Part shown: positions 11,641 through 25,378 of the stretch, one piece after another
Layout of the letters: each line of letters begins with the position of its first letter
How positions within the stretch are numbered: position 1 is the first letter of the stretch
DNA from: Okamejei kenojei
Taxonomy: Eukaryota
Reading direction: 5' to 3'
DNA: 64,000 nt
Assembly (NCBI GenBank): GCA_035221665.1
Contig: CM069135.1
Location: 75,082,001-75,146,000, forward strand
Notes under the pieces: generated by a model
The model's database searches: none
Told to the model about the DNA's origin: nothing
What the model saw: the letters and a program-made list of their open reading frames with translations, nothing else
Made by a program: the position numbers and the translations under genes

Positions 11641-13199
11641 CCCAGAGATGATTGATGAGGCAAATGTGGGAACCACATTCTCCCTCACAGAGGGGGCAGA
11701 TCATGGCCTGTTTATGCAGGACTTCCATGTGCCCCATTTCGAAGCCTAGAGGTTCTCACTATCACAGATAAGACCATAGCTGGAGTACTATGTTCAGCCT
11801 ATAAAAGGATATTATTACATGGGAGAGGGTGCAGAAGAAATTCATCAGGATTTTCCCTTGGACTGAGCATGTCAGTTCTGTGGTATGATTGGACAGGATA
11901 GATTTGTTTTTCTTGAAGCATAGAAGGCTGATGGGTGTCATGATAGAGATAACCATATATATGATTAGGGGAAAAGGCAGGTTACACAGTAGGAAACTTA
12001 TCTGCATTGTAGAGCAAGGTAAAATAAAGGGCATGTGTTTGCTAAAGAGAAAGGGAATTAGTGAGAGTCTGACAAGGACTTTTCTTTTACACATTCAATA
12101 TGAATTCTGCTGCTTATAAGGGTCAGAGGGAAAAATTGTCACAAAACGAATGAAGTACCTAGCAAGTACTTGAATGATCAGGCTATAGAGGGCAACTGAC
12201 TAAATGCAAGTAACTAACAATTGTATAAATATGCATGTGATGGTCAGCATAAACGTAGTGAGCTGAAATGTTTATGTGTTGTATGACCTTATGATAAAAC
12301 AATCCCTAATGGTCCTTGAATGGTCATGGGTTAGAAATTTCCAAGGAGTCAGTGAGGATGTTCTTTTTTTTTCTGAGGAGGTTTTGAACACACCCTTAAA
12401 TCTTTTCTTCTATTCACCTGCTAATCTCTTCAGATGGCTGAACTCAAAACAGGGTGTTTACTTCAGGAATATGGCATGCGAACAGCAGGTCCTGCCAAAT
12501 GTAGTCAACTGCATGTGAACTAGGGCCCTTGCTTTGCTTGATGGCTTAATAACACTTATGTGCTGTTGGTATAATTTTAAGAAATTGGCTGGAATTTACT
12601 CAGTTAAGTTAATGTGGTGTAGATAATAAAAATAAACGTTGGAAGCATAATTATTAATTTGCTTATTATCAATTACATTTAGCACCACTTAATCAAAATA
12701 TTCTATTTGTTTTGAATAACAGCACATATTTTATATTGCCAATTTTGTTTTGGTTATTCCCTTCTTATAACTGATGCACTACAATGCTGAGAACTATATC
12801 CTACGCTATATCTTTCCCTTTGCTCTATCTATTGCACTTGAGTTTGCTTTGATTTATTCACATACAGTATAATATTATCTAATCTGTTTGGACAGCAAAC
12901 AAAATAAAGATTTTTGTCACTATTTCACAGTTCACATGACAATGGTAAACCTAAACCAAGGTGGAGTCACAGACACATTTTTGCACCTAAAATATAATTG
13001 CCTGAAGACCATGATAAATGTGAACTCCAGAAATGTTATTGCCTTTAAACCATAATTTATCATTTGATGAAGCTAGAAAGGTTATTTAAAAAGTCAATGA
13101 ATCAGATTACAAAGAGATGTTATAAAAATTGAATCCCTTAGTACCATTAGTAAGAAATGTTGGGGAAAAAAAAAACACAATGAGAGTCATACATACAAA

Positions 13200-15562
13200 T
13201 TAAGATTCTGAAGAGTTTTAATATCCTTAACATTGAAATCATGAAACAAATTTGACAAGGTACCATTAAGGAAAATGCCATTTTAAAGTTTAAGTTATCG
13301 GACTGTATTAAACAGGAGACTGTTCAAGTGATAATAATTCTAAGGATCTCAGTATAAGTGGGGCTGTTTGTTAATGATTTAGCTTGGAATGTCAAATGAT
13401 ACATTTTTAAAAACATAAGCACTTTATAATAATTATGACTAGAGTGAACATCACTGCTTCAAGTAATTTTCTTTGTGGATGAATATTGGCAATTTCCCCC
13501 ACCCCCCAAAATAGTGTTGACTAGTCACACCACAATTTCCCCATGGAGATGCACCAGACAATGGAAATAGATATCAGACAACAACTCCACCTGTGACAGT
13601 GATTACAGATTATGTTTCTCAGTTATTTATGGAATGATCCCAAAATTTGGGAATTTAACAATTACCATAGAACATAAATGGAACTGAAGATGGATCCATC
13701 TGTGGATAGGCTTTTCTCTAAAGTAATCTCAAATACATTATTAAAGGAGATATGGAACCTTTGCAAAAATAAATTAGTTACATGCACACTACTTGACAAA
13801 TTGTAACAACTTTCTGTGCCATGTGCATTCTGAGCAAGTATCAAACTTCAGTGCAAACGCCATTATAGCTAAAGTAATAAACAAAACTTGGATACATGAA
13901 GACCAAGTCAATTCTTGGAAACTGTAGTTTTAGAAACGCTTAAGTGAGATTATATTATGTGATATTTAAAAAAAAGAACCAAATAAAATGTATTGGTGAT
14001 TGTGGATATTTGTGATGCTATATTGGCGAATACCTTTATTACTTGATGACTAAATATTAGTCCAGCACTAAGCACATTGCCTACAAGTTTCTCATACTAC
14101 TGATAACTTCATCTCAAAAGTACTGTTACCACTATCACTGCAATGATTAAATTGTTCTTAATTTTCTTTCACACAATCAAGTTACTATTGCTTAGCACAA
14201 AATAGCAATCATTCTTACATTTCTCATATAAACCACAGTATCCTCACTGGATACAAATGCATTCATGTTACACAGTTAAGACAATAAAATTAGCCATGCC
14301 ATATTTGAACAAATATTCTAAGAAAATTACACCAGATTGTCAAATAGGCTCCTTGGGAATGCATCAGTATAGGCCCTCTCCACAGCAATTCCCCACTCCC
14401 CTCCCCTCCCCTGACCTCCCACCCACAGAGTATTTAACTTTTGCCATCCTGCTTTAAATTAAGAATGTATGAACCAAATAATTAATGGTTTGATGATCAG
14501 AATATAAAACTGCAGTGATAATAAGTAGAATATTAATTGTACAAACATTTTGTCTTTTAAAATTATCCCAATTGGTTTCCTTGTGTTCATTGCACTTGAA
14601 ATTATTCATTATTCTGCGAAGCAGTGTTTTGTTTATAAGTTTGATAAGAAGTAATGAGCATGGTATTGGTGGAACAATTTAACAAAACAAGGTCAAATAC
14701 CAAACATTCATTAGTCAAGAAATATGTTCAAATACATCTAAACTGATTTTCTGGTTAAATAATTTCAAGTGCAGAGGGAGGCATCTGATACACATGAACA
14801 AATCATCAATGTTTGTAATGTAGAAACAAAGAACTGCAGATTCTGGTTAATAGATAAAAGGATATAACGGTGTGGTGTAACTCGGCAATGGAGAATATGG
14901 ATAGGTGACAGTTCTTCTGACAGCAGATACACCAGTAGCCAGATCTGAAGAAGGGTCCCAACCTGAAACGTCACCTATCCATGTTCGCCAGAGCTGCTGC
15001 CTGAACTGCTGAGTTACTCCATCACTTTGTGTCCATCTATATTCATAAACTCTGCAATGTATTCTTTTCTTTTCAAATTATTTTGATGCCCAGGATAGAA
15101 TTATTTTGTGTTTTATTGTTGCTGCTAAAGAGTTATTTCAATCAGAATGAAGAAAAACTTCATAGTGCAGGATCACGTCTTGTAATATTATTACTTGGCT
15201 TAAATCAATTGGTACAAGGTCAAATTCTTTGAAGGAATAAGAAGGAATACTTTGGCAATGTGCAGGAGTATGACAAGAATTGCAAAACATCAGTTAATTT
15301 TCATAATTGTAATAATTTCTTATATATTTTTTCAGCTGGCCTTTTGTTAAATGAGTTTACTGGAGTGAATATCATCAGAAGTATAATTTTTGTTGTGTCT
15401 TAGCGTGGTCCTATTTAAAAAGGTAATACCACCGAACTGTTAGTTGGTAATGAGTATAACTCAAAACTACTAAGTACCAACATCTGGGAAGTATTTCCAG
15501 ACAAATAATGTATCTACTCGAGACTGTAGAAATGAGGCAGTGTCTTAAATGAACCGACTGGG
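13200..15562 (-). other. Putative gja1 3' UTR with poly(A) signals
   Basis: AT-rich, mostly unique sequence after the stop codon. AATAAA (minus) at 14035-14040; ATTAAA at ~13217 followed by a U/GU-rich tract (~13165-13178). The end is inferred. Confidence 0.45.
14822..15040. mobile_element. Inverted pair of Penelope terminal fragments
   Basis: gaactgcagat...ataggtgac followed by ctgaagaagggtcccaacctgaaacgtcacctat. The same unit recurs at ~1060-1190, 22045-22105, 37834-38055, 43350-43545 and 44075-44185. Confidence 0.65.
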
Positions 15563-16711
15563 TTAGACCTCAAGGTCATCTGGTCGAGGCCTGCTGCTTC
15601 CTCTACTGCTGGCTCTACTGGGAGGCCTCTGTTCCGTGAGACCAATTGGTTCCAGTTCTGTAACAGATGATAGCTTTTGCATGGTTGGATGTTCACCACG
15701 GAAATCAAACGCCTGTGCATGGCAGTTGGAAATGGTGCTACCAGCCTGACCGATCCGGTTTTGTTCTGTGCTATAATTTGCCCAGTTTTGTTCATTAGCT
15801 TGCTTATTGTAGCTTCGGCAAGAGGACATATTCCTGTCCCCGGTAGCAAGCTTGTATCCAGGAGGGGACATGGGTGCAGTTGGCGCGGAACACCCATTGA
15901 AATAGGCGTACTTCAATGCAGAGGCGTCTTTTAGAGTATTCAAGCCCATTTTTTGAGAGTCTTGAAATAAATTTCTATTCTTTTTGACATGGTCAGCTGT
16001 ACTTTTGAAGCCGATGTAGAACAGCTCTGCCACATTTAACATAGCTGACACAACGGATACCACCAGCATGAATATAACAAAGATGGTCTTCTCTGTGGGT
16101 CGTGACAGGAAGCAGTCTACTTTGTGTGGGCATGGATACCTCTCGCAGGTGTAAATAGCATTCAGTATGAATTTGAAATCATAAATGCACCATTGAGTTA
16201 ATATAAAAGCCACTTCGAAAATTATTTTAAAGATTATACTGACAGAATAAGTGCGCAAGAGGGATCCTTTAATTTTAATTCTGCCCTCCTCCTCCAGACC
16301 ATACTTAATTTTCTTTAGTTCTAATTGTTTCAAGTGCAGACCCACATCTTCACCACGTTCTTGGAGTGTCTTCAAATATGATTCCTTCTTAGATATTTTC
16401 TTCTCTTTGTGAGAGATACGAAAGACGTGGGCGAGGTAGACCAAAGTCGGTGTGGAGACAAAAATAAACTGAAGGACCCAGAATCGAAGGTGGGATATAG
16501 GAAAGGACTTGTCGTAGCAGACATTACCACAACCTGGTTGCAATGTGTTGCATGTGAACGCAGATTGTTCATCATTCCAGGCTGATTCCACCGCAGTGCC
16601 CAGCACCAAGAGACGGAAAATGAAGAGCACAGTGAGCCACACTTTACCTCCCGGAGTCAAATGTGACTGTACTTTATCCAATAGCTTTCCAAGGGCACTC
16701 CAGTCACCCAT
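15563..16711 (-). CDS. gja1: Gap junction alpha-1 (connexin 43)-type protein, 382 aa, single coding exon
   Basis: ORF begins [15 protein letters not shown]. It has the connexin Cys motifs ([14 protein letters not shown]; [12 protein letters not shown]), a PPGY motif, RASSR repeats and the C-terminal PDZ motif RPRPDDLEV typical of Cx43. A splice acceptor tttttacag| lies 16 nt upstream of the ATG (exon starts at 16727). Confidence 0.95.
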   Translation of the reverse strand: MGDWSALGKLLDKVQSHLTPGGKVWLTVLFIFRLLVLGTAVESAWNDEQSAFTCNTLQPGCGNVCYDKSFPISHLRFWVLQFIFVSTPTLVYLAHVFRISHKEKKISKKESYLKTLQERGEDVGLHLKQLELKKIKYGLEEEGRIKIKGSLLRTYSVSIIFKIIFEVAFILTQWCIYDFKFILNAIYTCERYPCPHKVDCFLSRPTEKTIFVIFMLVVSVVSAMLNVAELFYIGFKSTADHVKKNRNLFQDSQKMGLNTLKDASALKYAYFNGCSAPTAPMSPPGYKLATGDRNMSSCRSYNKQANEQNWANYSTEQNRIGQAGSTISNCHAQAFDFRGEHPTMQKLSSVTELEPIGLTEQRPPSRASSRGSSRPRPDDLEV

Positions 16712-17679
16712 CTTGCTTTAGCTTTGGCTGTAAAAATAAGAGAACGACTGTGTCAATAGATTGTGAAGTTGCCAGATATGTTGGTTCATTTTAAAATATA
16801 GCTTAATTTGAATTTACATACTTTCTTTAATCATGATTTGACTGGTATGTATATTTTCAGCTCAACAGTGGAGTCAAAACCATTAAGCATTAATAACATT
16901 TCATGTATGTAGCCATTTAAAATGTGGTAGTGTAAAAAAGTTATGAGTAATTATTTGAAAGCAAACAAACCAATCATTTAAAGTGCCAGTCCTTTTAAAA
17001 TCAAAGTTTATCCATTCCGACAATTTAAAAATCTGAAGATAATTTGTTCTTTCAATGTATCTACTCAATTTGCTCTGAAATGATATGTAATTATATTTTA
17101 GTAAGCACTCATAAATATAATAAATATTTACAACAACCTAAAGTCATCTTTTACATAGCAACACATCCCATAATAATTCATGTGGGCATTAAAAGCAAAT
17201 GACACATCCATATAACGGTCTGATAATCAGGTGATATAGATATAGGGTTCTTTTTAAAACATCAAAGGAAAAAATAGTGGGTAGGAGGAGAGCTTTGGAA
17301 ACAAATTCCTGGGTTTTGGGCTTTGGCTGTTGAAGACAAGGCCAATTAAGGTGGAACACCAAAATCCAGGGATGAGCAACAGGCCAGAACTGAAATGGAC
17401 AAGTTGGGCCGAAGGGCCTGTTTAAAAGTTGTATGACTCTATGACTTCAGTGAAATTACAAAGAGAAAAGTAATGCCATGGATAAACTAAATGTTAAAAG
17501 ACAGCACCTTAACCAGGAGCAAGCAGTCAGGTGATGGGTGAACTATATTTGAGGTGACAGGGGTTTTGATGCTTGAACATAAAAAAATAAAACAGTGCAG
17601 GTACAGGAACACATCCTTCAACCCACCAATTATGATGCCAATTTTAAACTAATCCTATCTACGACATATCCCTCTATAT

Positions 17680-18890
17680 CCCTGCCATGAGGGAAAAACG
17701 TTTTCACCCAGAGAATTGTGAATCTGTGGAATGTTCTGCCACAGAACGCAGTAGAGGCCAATTCGCTGGATGTTTTCAAGAGAGAATTAGATTTAGCTCT
17801 TAGTGCCAATGGAATCAAGGGTTATGGGGAGATAGCAGGAACGGAGTACTGATTTTGGATGATCAGCCATGATCATATCGAATGGCGGTGCTGACTCGAA
17901 GGGCCGAATGGCCTACACTTGCACCTATTTTCTATGTCTGTGTGCCTGTCTAAATATTTCTTAAATGTTGCTATTATATCTGCTTCTGCCAGTTACTCTG
18001 ACAGTATGTTTTTGTCACCTCTAACCCTACAGTCACCCTTCCTCAGATCTCTCTCTCTGACTGATTGGTTGAGTTTTTCCAATATTTTTATTTTTATATC
18101 AGTTTCCAACACCTGCAGTTTTGTTTGTTTTCTGCATTCTATAGGTAGCAATGCCAGTAAAAGTTTAGGGTGCCAATAATTGGGATTATTTGTCTTTGAC
18201 ATAAAATGATGAGCCTTGCTGGAGCTGCGTTCTTCCTAGCATGTGGAGAATATTCCAATAACTCAAACACTTCCTCGAGGAACTCCTGCAGTTTAAGGAT
18301 GTCATTAAGTTGGAAAGGGGGCAGAAGAGGTTCACCATGGATGCTATCCAACCTTGTGAGCTTGAGATACAGGGAGAGTTTAGATAGGCTAGGATTTATT
18401 TATTTGGAGCATAGGCTGAGGGGTGATTTTATTGAGTTGTACGGAATCATGAGGAACATGGATAAAGTGAAAGTTCAGTCTTTTTGTCAGGGTAGAGGAT
18501 TTGAAAACTAGAGGAGATGGGATCCATGGCAGATGGCCCCGCTCCCTGCCATGGATGCCCTCCAACGAAAACGGTGTCTGAGACGGGCCGGGAAGATGAT
18601 CAAAGACCCCTCCCACCCTAACCATGGACTGTTTGCCCTCCTACCATAGGGGAGGCGGTACAGGAGCCTCAGGTCCCACACTAGTAGGATGAGGAACAGC
18701 TTCTATAACAACACCATCACACTGCTGAACTCGGAGTCCCGCCGATAGATTTCTCCAGTCTCTCCGTCCACATTGTCTGCATTCTGTATCTACTTATATA
18801 TTGCAATTACTACGAACTGATGCTAAACTGCATTTCGTTGTACCCATACTTGTATCTGTGCAATGACATTAAAGTTGAATTGAATTGAAT
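17680..18890 (+). mobile_element. Cluster of CR1 3' fragments and a Rex1-like 3' end in gja1 intron 1
   Basis: CR1 3' UTR at 17690-17940 and a CR1 fragment at 18250-18510. Rex1-like end at 18540-18890 with a (TTGAA)n tail. Confidence 0.65.
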
Positions 18891-21667
18891 TAAGCTGAAA
18901 AGGGATTGATTTAAGAGGGATCTTAGGAACAACCTTTTTGCTCAGAAGATGTGGAATGAGCTGTCCAAGGAAGCTATTGAAATGAATACAATTATGACTT
19001 CTAAAATACATTTGAACAGAATGTTTACAGGAAATATTTAAAAGGACCATGGGCTAAATGCAGAAAATACTAGCCCAGTATGATAACTTGGTTGACATAA
19101 ACAAAACACGCTGAAGAGCTTGTTCCAGTGTTACATAGGTCTATGGCTCCTTGACTGCACCAGGAGCTGAGGTCTATAATCTTCATCGTATAACCATCTT
19201 CCTTTGCACTAGATCTAATTGGAGTCAAAAAAAAATTCTCCCCAATTCCCATTAACCACAACTTTACAATAATTTCTATTTAGTTCTGTCTACTATTAAG
19301 TGCTACACTTGGTCAAAATCTGTTATAATCTTTCAGGTGGTTAATTTTGACCCACCATTGGAATGCCATTGCTTTCCGTTGCTTTGTACGTGTTTGGATT
19401 AAGGCCATAATGAGGGCTTGAGTCAAATAATTCTGGCGGAAACTTAACAAAGAATGAACGTGTAGATCATGGCGAGTAGGTGAGTGTTTAATAGCAGTCA
19501 AATCTCCATTGAAATATTATATTTTTTTATTGGGCGTACACTGAAGGAAAGATAATTACAGTGATTGGATTTATTATGATTTTTGCGACAGGACAAACCT
19601 GAGAAGAATGGCAGTGAGCATCTGTTTAAAAAACTAATCTATGTGGAATTTCAGTAGCGTAAAATCAACATTAGGCTCTTTCAAGTCGTATTTGAAAGTG
19701 TGAACAACAGCAATCAGTTGTGGGGGGGTCCTGCTTCATTCTTATTTCAGGCTAGTGATGTTGTCACCAGTTCTATCACCATATCATCATCTCAAGCAAG
19801 ATTAAGATAAATTAAGATATGTATTTGAAATTAACAGATCTATTTAAGTTTGAGGAACTGTAATAGTCACGATGGATCTTAAATATATACTTTCAACAGA
19901 CAAATACAAGCTGAATAAATATTAATAACCACATCTTTTGATGCAAGGGTATGGTCATAGTCAAAAAGGGTGGTTTCTGGATGTTCTTTACTGGCAGCGA
20001 AGTTATTTGTGATTCATGCACAGTAACTATGAGGTATCAGACTAACTAAGACTTTTGGCTGTAAGCAAATGGATCGTTGCAGTAAGTTCCACTATGAATT
20101 GTTAGTTGAATTATGTTTTGCAAGCCTGAAAACATTTAAGTATCCTGTTAGAATAACCTTGAAGAAAGAGGTTTACACATTTTATCTCCCCTCCTTCATT
20201 TTGAAATCCAGGAATCTCTTCCCACATTTGTTGGTGCCTTAAAGTTTAACAAAAAAACACACAACTTTAATGAGGAACGGCTGTCAATATACTGGAATAT
20301 CTGGATCCGGAGTGTATTACTACTCCTTTATACAGACATAGTGATCTCCATATACAAAACAGTTTTGAGAAAGACTGACAAGCTCTCTATTATAACATTA
20401 TAAATAAGACTCAAACTCTACTAATTAAAGTAATTTGTTTACGTTAATTATGATTATGTTTACACACTTGAGATATTTTAGTTTAAAATTGTAATCCAGT
20501 TCCTGCTCCTGAAGCAAAATTTAGTGACAGTGATATTTTGGCCAAAAATTGCTCCAAATGTGTTCAGCATTGTCATTTTATGTCACTTAAACTGCGACTT
20601 CATTGCAAGACTCAATGAATTCATATTTTTCCAAATGCAAAATATTGTGCTTTACAAATTATACCCGATTCTGGGTCAAGTCCTTCTAGTCACCAACGAC
20701 CTATGTATTGGAGGTAAATCTTAATATGTTTGTTAACGTTAACTCTGCCAATAGCCTGCCTGACACTACTGTTAAATTACATGCTCTGCATACCTGTTAC
20801 ACTTATGCATTCCATATGCAAATAAGAAAAATTAGAATAATTTGAACACAATAAAATAGATCATAATTAACATATTTTATTCCTCCTTAGCAGGCACCGG
20901 TCAATTTTATGAAAATATGATTTGTAGTTTTGAATTTGTTACTTCATTTAAACATATAGTTCGTCCCCAGTTCTATGGGGCCCGGAGAACTTTCACCTCC
21001 TGTGGGTACAACTGAAAATTTCGGGCACCTCTCTCGTAACTTCAGCTTTCAGAGGTTCTGAGAATGGAATGGGACTACTAGTTAAGATAACTTTGCTGAC
21101 TGTATTTTCAAACTAAAATGCCACCTGTATATGGAGGGGTAGATTAAGATGCCAGCTCAAAGTTTACATATTGACTTCACGAAGTAAATTTAATCCGGGT
21201 ACCCTGGTTCACTTTAACTAGATTGAACCGAACTGCTTGAAGATGCTTAAATAAACTAAAAAGTGGTTTACTGAACAATGCCATTCATCATATTTAGTTA
21301 ATTTATCTAGTTCCAAGTACTTGCGTACGTGAGATGCCTAATTCCAGATTAAAGTTTGTAAAGCACTCTGTGAGTTACTCCAGAGTTTAGCGTAACTTCT
21401 ATAAAGTTAGTGGGACGACCAGCTCCCTGAATTGAGACGCGTTTCTCGCCAGATCCCACTTGTACAGACCGTTATATTTTTCTGTCCAACATCCTTTTAA
21501 CAGCTAGTTTTCAACATTTTGCAAAGTACGATATCGCTCTAAGCCGGACACTACGTGAGGAAGGGGTTGCTTTCAACAAGTTCGTATATTTCGCAATTCA
21601 AACTGCAGCGATGAAGTTCAACTACAGCAGCTCGCTCCTTTAAATGTTAAAAAAAACTTTCACTTAC

Positions 21668-21785
21668 CACCAACGTCTCGGGAGAAGCTCTCAACGATGC
21701 TTGAAGTTGATTAGATCAGACCGAACCACAAAATATTGGAATCCTTGAGCTTTGGTCCACTTCTATGAGAATGAGGATCTTTACT
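21668..21785 (-). other. gja1: Probable non-coding exon 1 (5' UTR) of gja1
   Basis: Strong donor GTG|gtaagtg (intron starts at 21667) just downstream of a TATA-like/AP-1/CRE cluster. This fits the two-exon connexin architecture with a ~4.9 kb intron. The TSS position is estimated. Confidence 0.7.
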
Positions 21786-21812
21786 CCAGCCCGAGCGGTG
21801 AGTGCCGGTCGA

Positions 21813-21929
21813 TTTAAAGCCCTTTTAGCTCAAAAAAAAGTTTTGAGTCATCTGACACTGACGTCACGAGCTCCCTGAAACTTCCAAGATCCAGCGGCTG
21901 CTTGTCACTTGCTCACGTCCCGGGATTGG
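21813..21929 (-). promoter_or_regulatory. gja1 proximal promoter
   Basis: TATA-like TTTAAA at 21813-21818, AP-1 TGAGTCA at 21844-21850, palindromic CRE TGACGTCA at 21859-21866 and CCAAT at 21925-21929 (minus), in locally CpG-retaining sequence. The mammalian Cx43 promoter also has an AP-1 site just upstream of a TTTAAA-type TATA. Confidence 0.7.
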
Positions 21930-24900
21930 CCCTGGTAACCTCTGTCTGTGTCAACTACATCCCCAGTCTTTCTATATGGCCGGCGGTGCCAGTAAATTCC
22001 ACAGTGCACATTCCACTGTTAGAATTCGCTTCCTTAAAACAAAAAGATAGACACAAAATGCTGGAGTAACTCACCGGGCCAGGCAGCATCTTTGGAGAGA
22101 AGGAATTAAAATAAAAAGTCAATACTTGAAACGGCTTCCTTTCTAAAACAGGATTCATCCCGAGAAAATCGACGTCCGTCATCGCAAAATACCACTTTGA
22201 TTACGTGTGGCTATTTTCGAGGTTGAAAATTCTGCAAAATGCCTCCTTTAAGAACACTCTTTTGAGTTTTAGACGAATCATCGAGCATGTCTTGCTTTAT
22301 TTCAGATTCCCAGGATCCGCGGAGATATGTTAACGTTTTATCAATACAATTGTTTTTTCCACTCACTTGTTCGATTCTTCGTGCAAAACGCCATCGTGTC
22401 CTTTACAGTTTTATTCTATGGAGTGTATAAAAGTTTATTCACAGATGACACCCGGTAGAAAGATTTGGCAATGCAAAATGGATAGTTCATTCTGTATTAT
22501 GACAAACAAATTATACTTTAATATTGAAAAATTAAGGTTGTAGTTCAATATATAAACTAAACCCCTTATGATGTAATCATTTGATTAATAACATGCTAAC
22601 AGAAATGTAAAGGTGATGGATATTAAACGGGTTGTTGATGTTATGCATGCCAGAACAGTTATGTTACGACTCGCATTAAAGAGAACCGGGCCCACAAGAA
22701 GCTGTTCAAAATACATTGGAAAAGCATTTGCTTTCACCGTCATGAATGTGACTCTGACATCGAAATACTTTGTCGATGCAGCTGTGATTTCCATTAAAGT
22801 CCAGATTTGTCAAAAGTGTTACAAAACATAATCTGCAGTTCACTCTGTAAAGTTGTGTTGATTTCAAGAATCCTATGTTCTAGTTTTAAATCACCACCAC
22901 TTTAACGGGGATTATAAATACCAGCTAAAGCCTTTTGCCTATGAAAGTTCAACTAAATGGGCGGCATTTTATTTTGATTCCCCGCTGCAACAATACTGAG
23001 GTGTAAACGTAAAACAGGCAAGAGATATAATTTCAGGAATTCTTCAAAATTCAGACACATACTGAAAATAACTCTACTTAAAGCATGTGACGCTCACGAC
23101 GACACTCATAAGTGCTCTGGAGTAAAGAGAGAAAAGTTCGAACAGGATTACTAAATGTCAATGGGAAAGTATTGGTTGAGTTAACAACGTGTCGCAAAAG
23201 AACGCGTTTGCAGGTCGTTATTAGCAATCCATAACTATACCCGCTGGCCGGCCCAACAGACACATGGAAGAGAATAAATATTCATTAATACTGGATGAAG
23301 AGAAGTAAGCAGTAAAACAATTCCAATCCTTTAATCTGCATTTAATGATATTTTCATTCCTTCACTAGGAATATGCCAACCCGTTTAATGACACTGTGGC
23401 AAAATGTGGATGCTGCAAATGCTATTAATGTTCAACAAGACAGACAGCTTCTGGGACGAGAGAACCAGGGCAACCATCTTACTGTCGACCGGAAAGGTTA
23501 ACTCGGTTCTTCTCCTCACAGACGCTCCTATAATGATCATTTATTGATTCGGAAAGGGTCACTGGATCAATCATCCAATATGAAATTAGACAACATAATA
23601 CATTGAGGGGAAATTATCTGGTAACTTGTCAAAAGCTTGGCTGTAACTGTGGTGCTCTATGTTATTGTACTATTCTGGACACGTCTAATCACTGGGGAAA
23701 CATTACCACCTTCCTGGAAATCAAGCCTGAAAATATCATACTCAGTAGTAAACTTTTGTTTTTCGTTCTTATTTGCAGATTGCTTAAAATAATAATTAAA
23801 CAGATCATGCAATCGGGATCCAGTAAATTGATGAGCAATAGACATTTTGAAATGTGGTGTTATTGCGCCCTCTCCTTTAAAACTTGTTAATTTATATATT
23901 GCGCCTTTTACCAGCTCACTGGCACTAAGATTATTTGATCTAAAAAATCTGAAAAAAATCACTAATACAGCCTCCCCCCGCTGCACGCGCGCGACTTTCA
24001 ACATTAAAATTGTTCGTGGAAGAACATAAACATTGGAAGTGATTTCCATGTGATTTTATTTTCGCGGGCATTGAATCTATGTTGATGACGTCAGTAGGTC
24101 TACTTTGAAAGATTCGAAATGAAAGGGAGAAGCATTTATTTCTGCGGAGTTGTCTAACATCACGTCTTGTGTACCTACAGAATAGGCATGTCATGTGACA
24201 AGCACTCCCTATTATCAGTCATACATTTACAGTGCCGTTATAGATATATCTGAAATATGGTTGTGCATCTGTAATTGTTCTTGGGAAGGAGCTGGTGATG
24301 AGCCAGCAACTTAAACCACTGTGGTGCTTGCCATGGAGATTTTCCCTCAGATATGTTGGGTATGAAGTTCCAAGATTTAGACCCAGCTATAATGAGATAA
24401 AGGTTTCATATTTATATCTCTGAACTTGAAAGTGGAACATGCAGGTTCAAATGTTTCCATTTGCAATGCATCCATCCATCCATGTTCTTCAAGCCATTAG
24501 AGATGTTGAGTTTTGGAGTTACTATTACATTGTTGCAGTGGATGCTACCACTGCAACCACAATACACTGGTAGTGGAGAGAAGGAATATTTAAGATAATG
24601 AATGGATACCAATAAAGTAAATATTTTAGAATCATAGAAACATAGGTGCAGGAGTAGGCCATTCAGCCCTTCGAGCCAGCACCACCATTCAATATGATCA
24701 TAGTTGATCATCTAAAATCAGTACCCCTTTCCTGCTTTTTCCCCATATCCCTTGATTCCTTTAGCCCCGAGCTAAATCTAACTCTCTTTTGAAAACATCC
24801 AATGAATTGGCCTCCACTGCCTTCTGTGGATGTTGTTGATCCCAGATGTTGTTCATCTTTTTAAATGTTGTTGATGCTGCATTCATTCAGGCAAGTGGAG

Positions 24901-25378
24901 AGTATTCCAACAGATTTCTGTTTCTGTGGCATCGGGGATATTGCTGGGTTCATCAGTGACCACACCTACACTCGCAGTAGGATGAACTCACATGATATAT
25001 TTTATTTATAGTAGCAAGAATGTCCAGGACCGCATGGGGGTGCAGTTCCTCACAATCAGGGCACAGGTGTGGTGGCACTGGGGAACTTGAGCTTGTCCTA
25101 GCAACTCAGCCCTGGACTTCAAAGGAGGACATGCAAAGATTCCAGGCTTCTCCTGTGGCTCATACTTGCTTCGAGAGGCGGTACTAGACTCAGGTCTCAG
25201 CTTTATCCTGGTGGCTCAGCTTTGGGGCTTGAAGTGGCATCTCTACCAGTCTCTGGATTATCCTGCCAGCAAAATCTTTGCCTTTGTGTTTGAGTACGGG
25301 CACAGACCCTCATTATCTGTCAACAGGAAGAGGCACTGGCGTCTTAGGCTTGCCCTGGCCATTGAGCCTCAGTAGAGG

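Noticed and set aside
23603-24194. Overlapping 60-130 aa ORFs upstream of gja1
   Set aside because: No domain similarity or convincing splice structure. Possibly regulatory DNA (CRE at ~24086), but unsupported.
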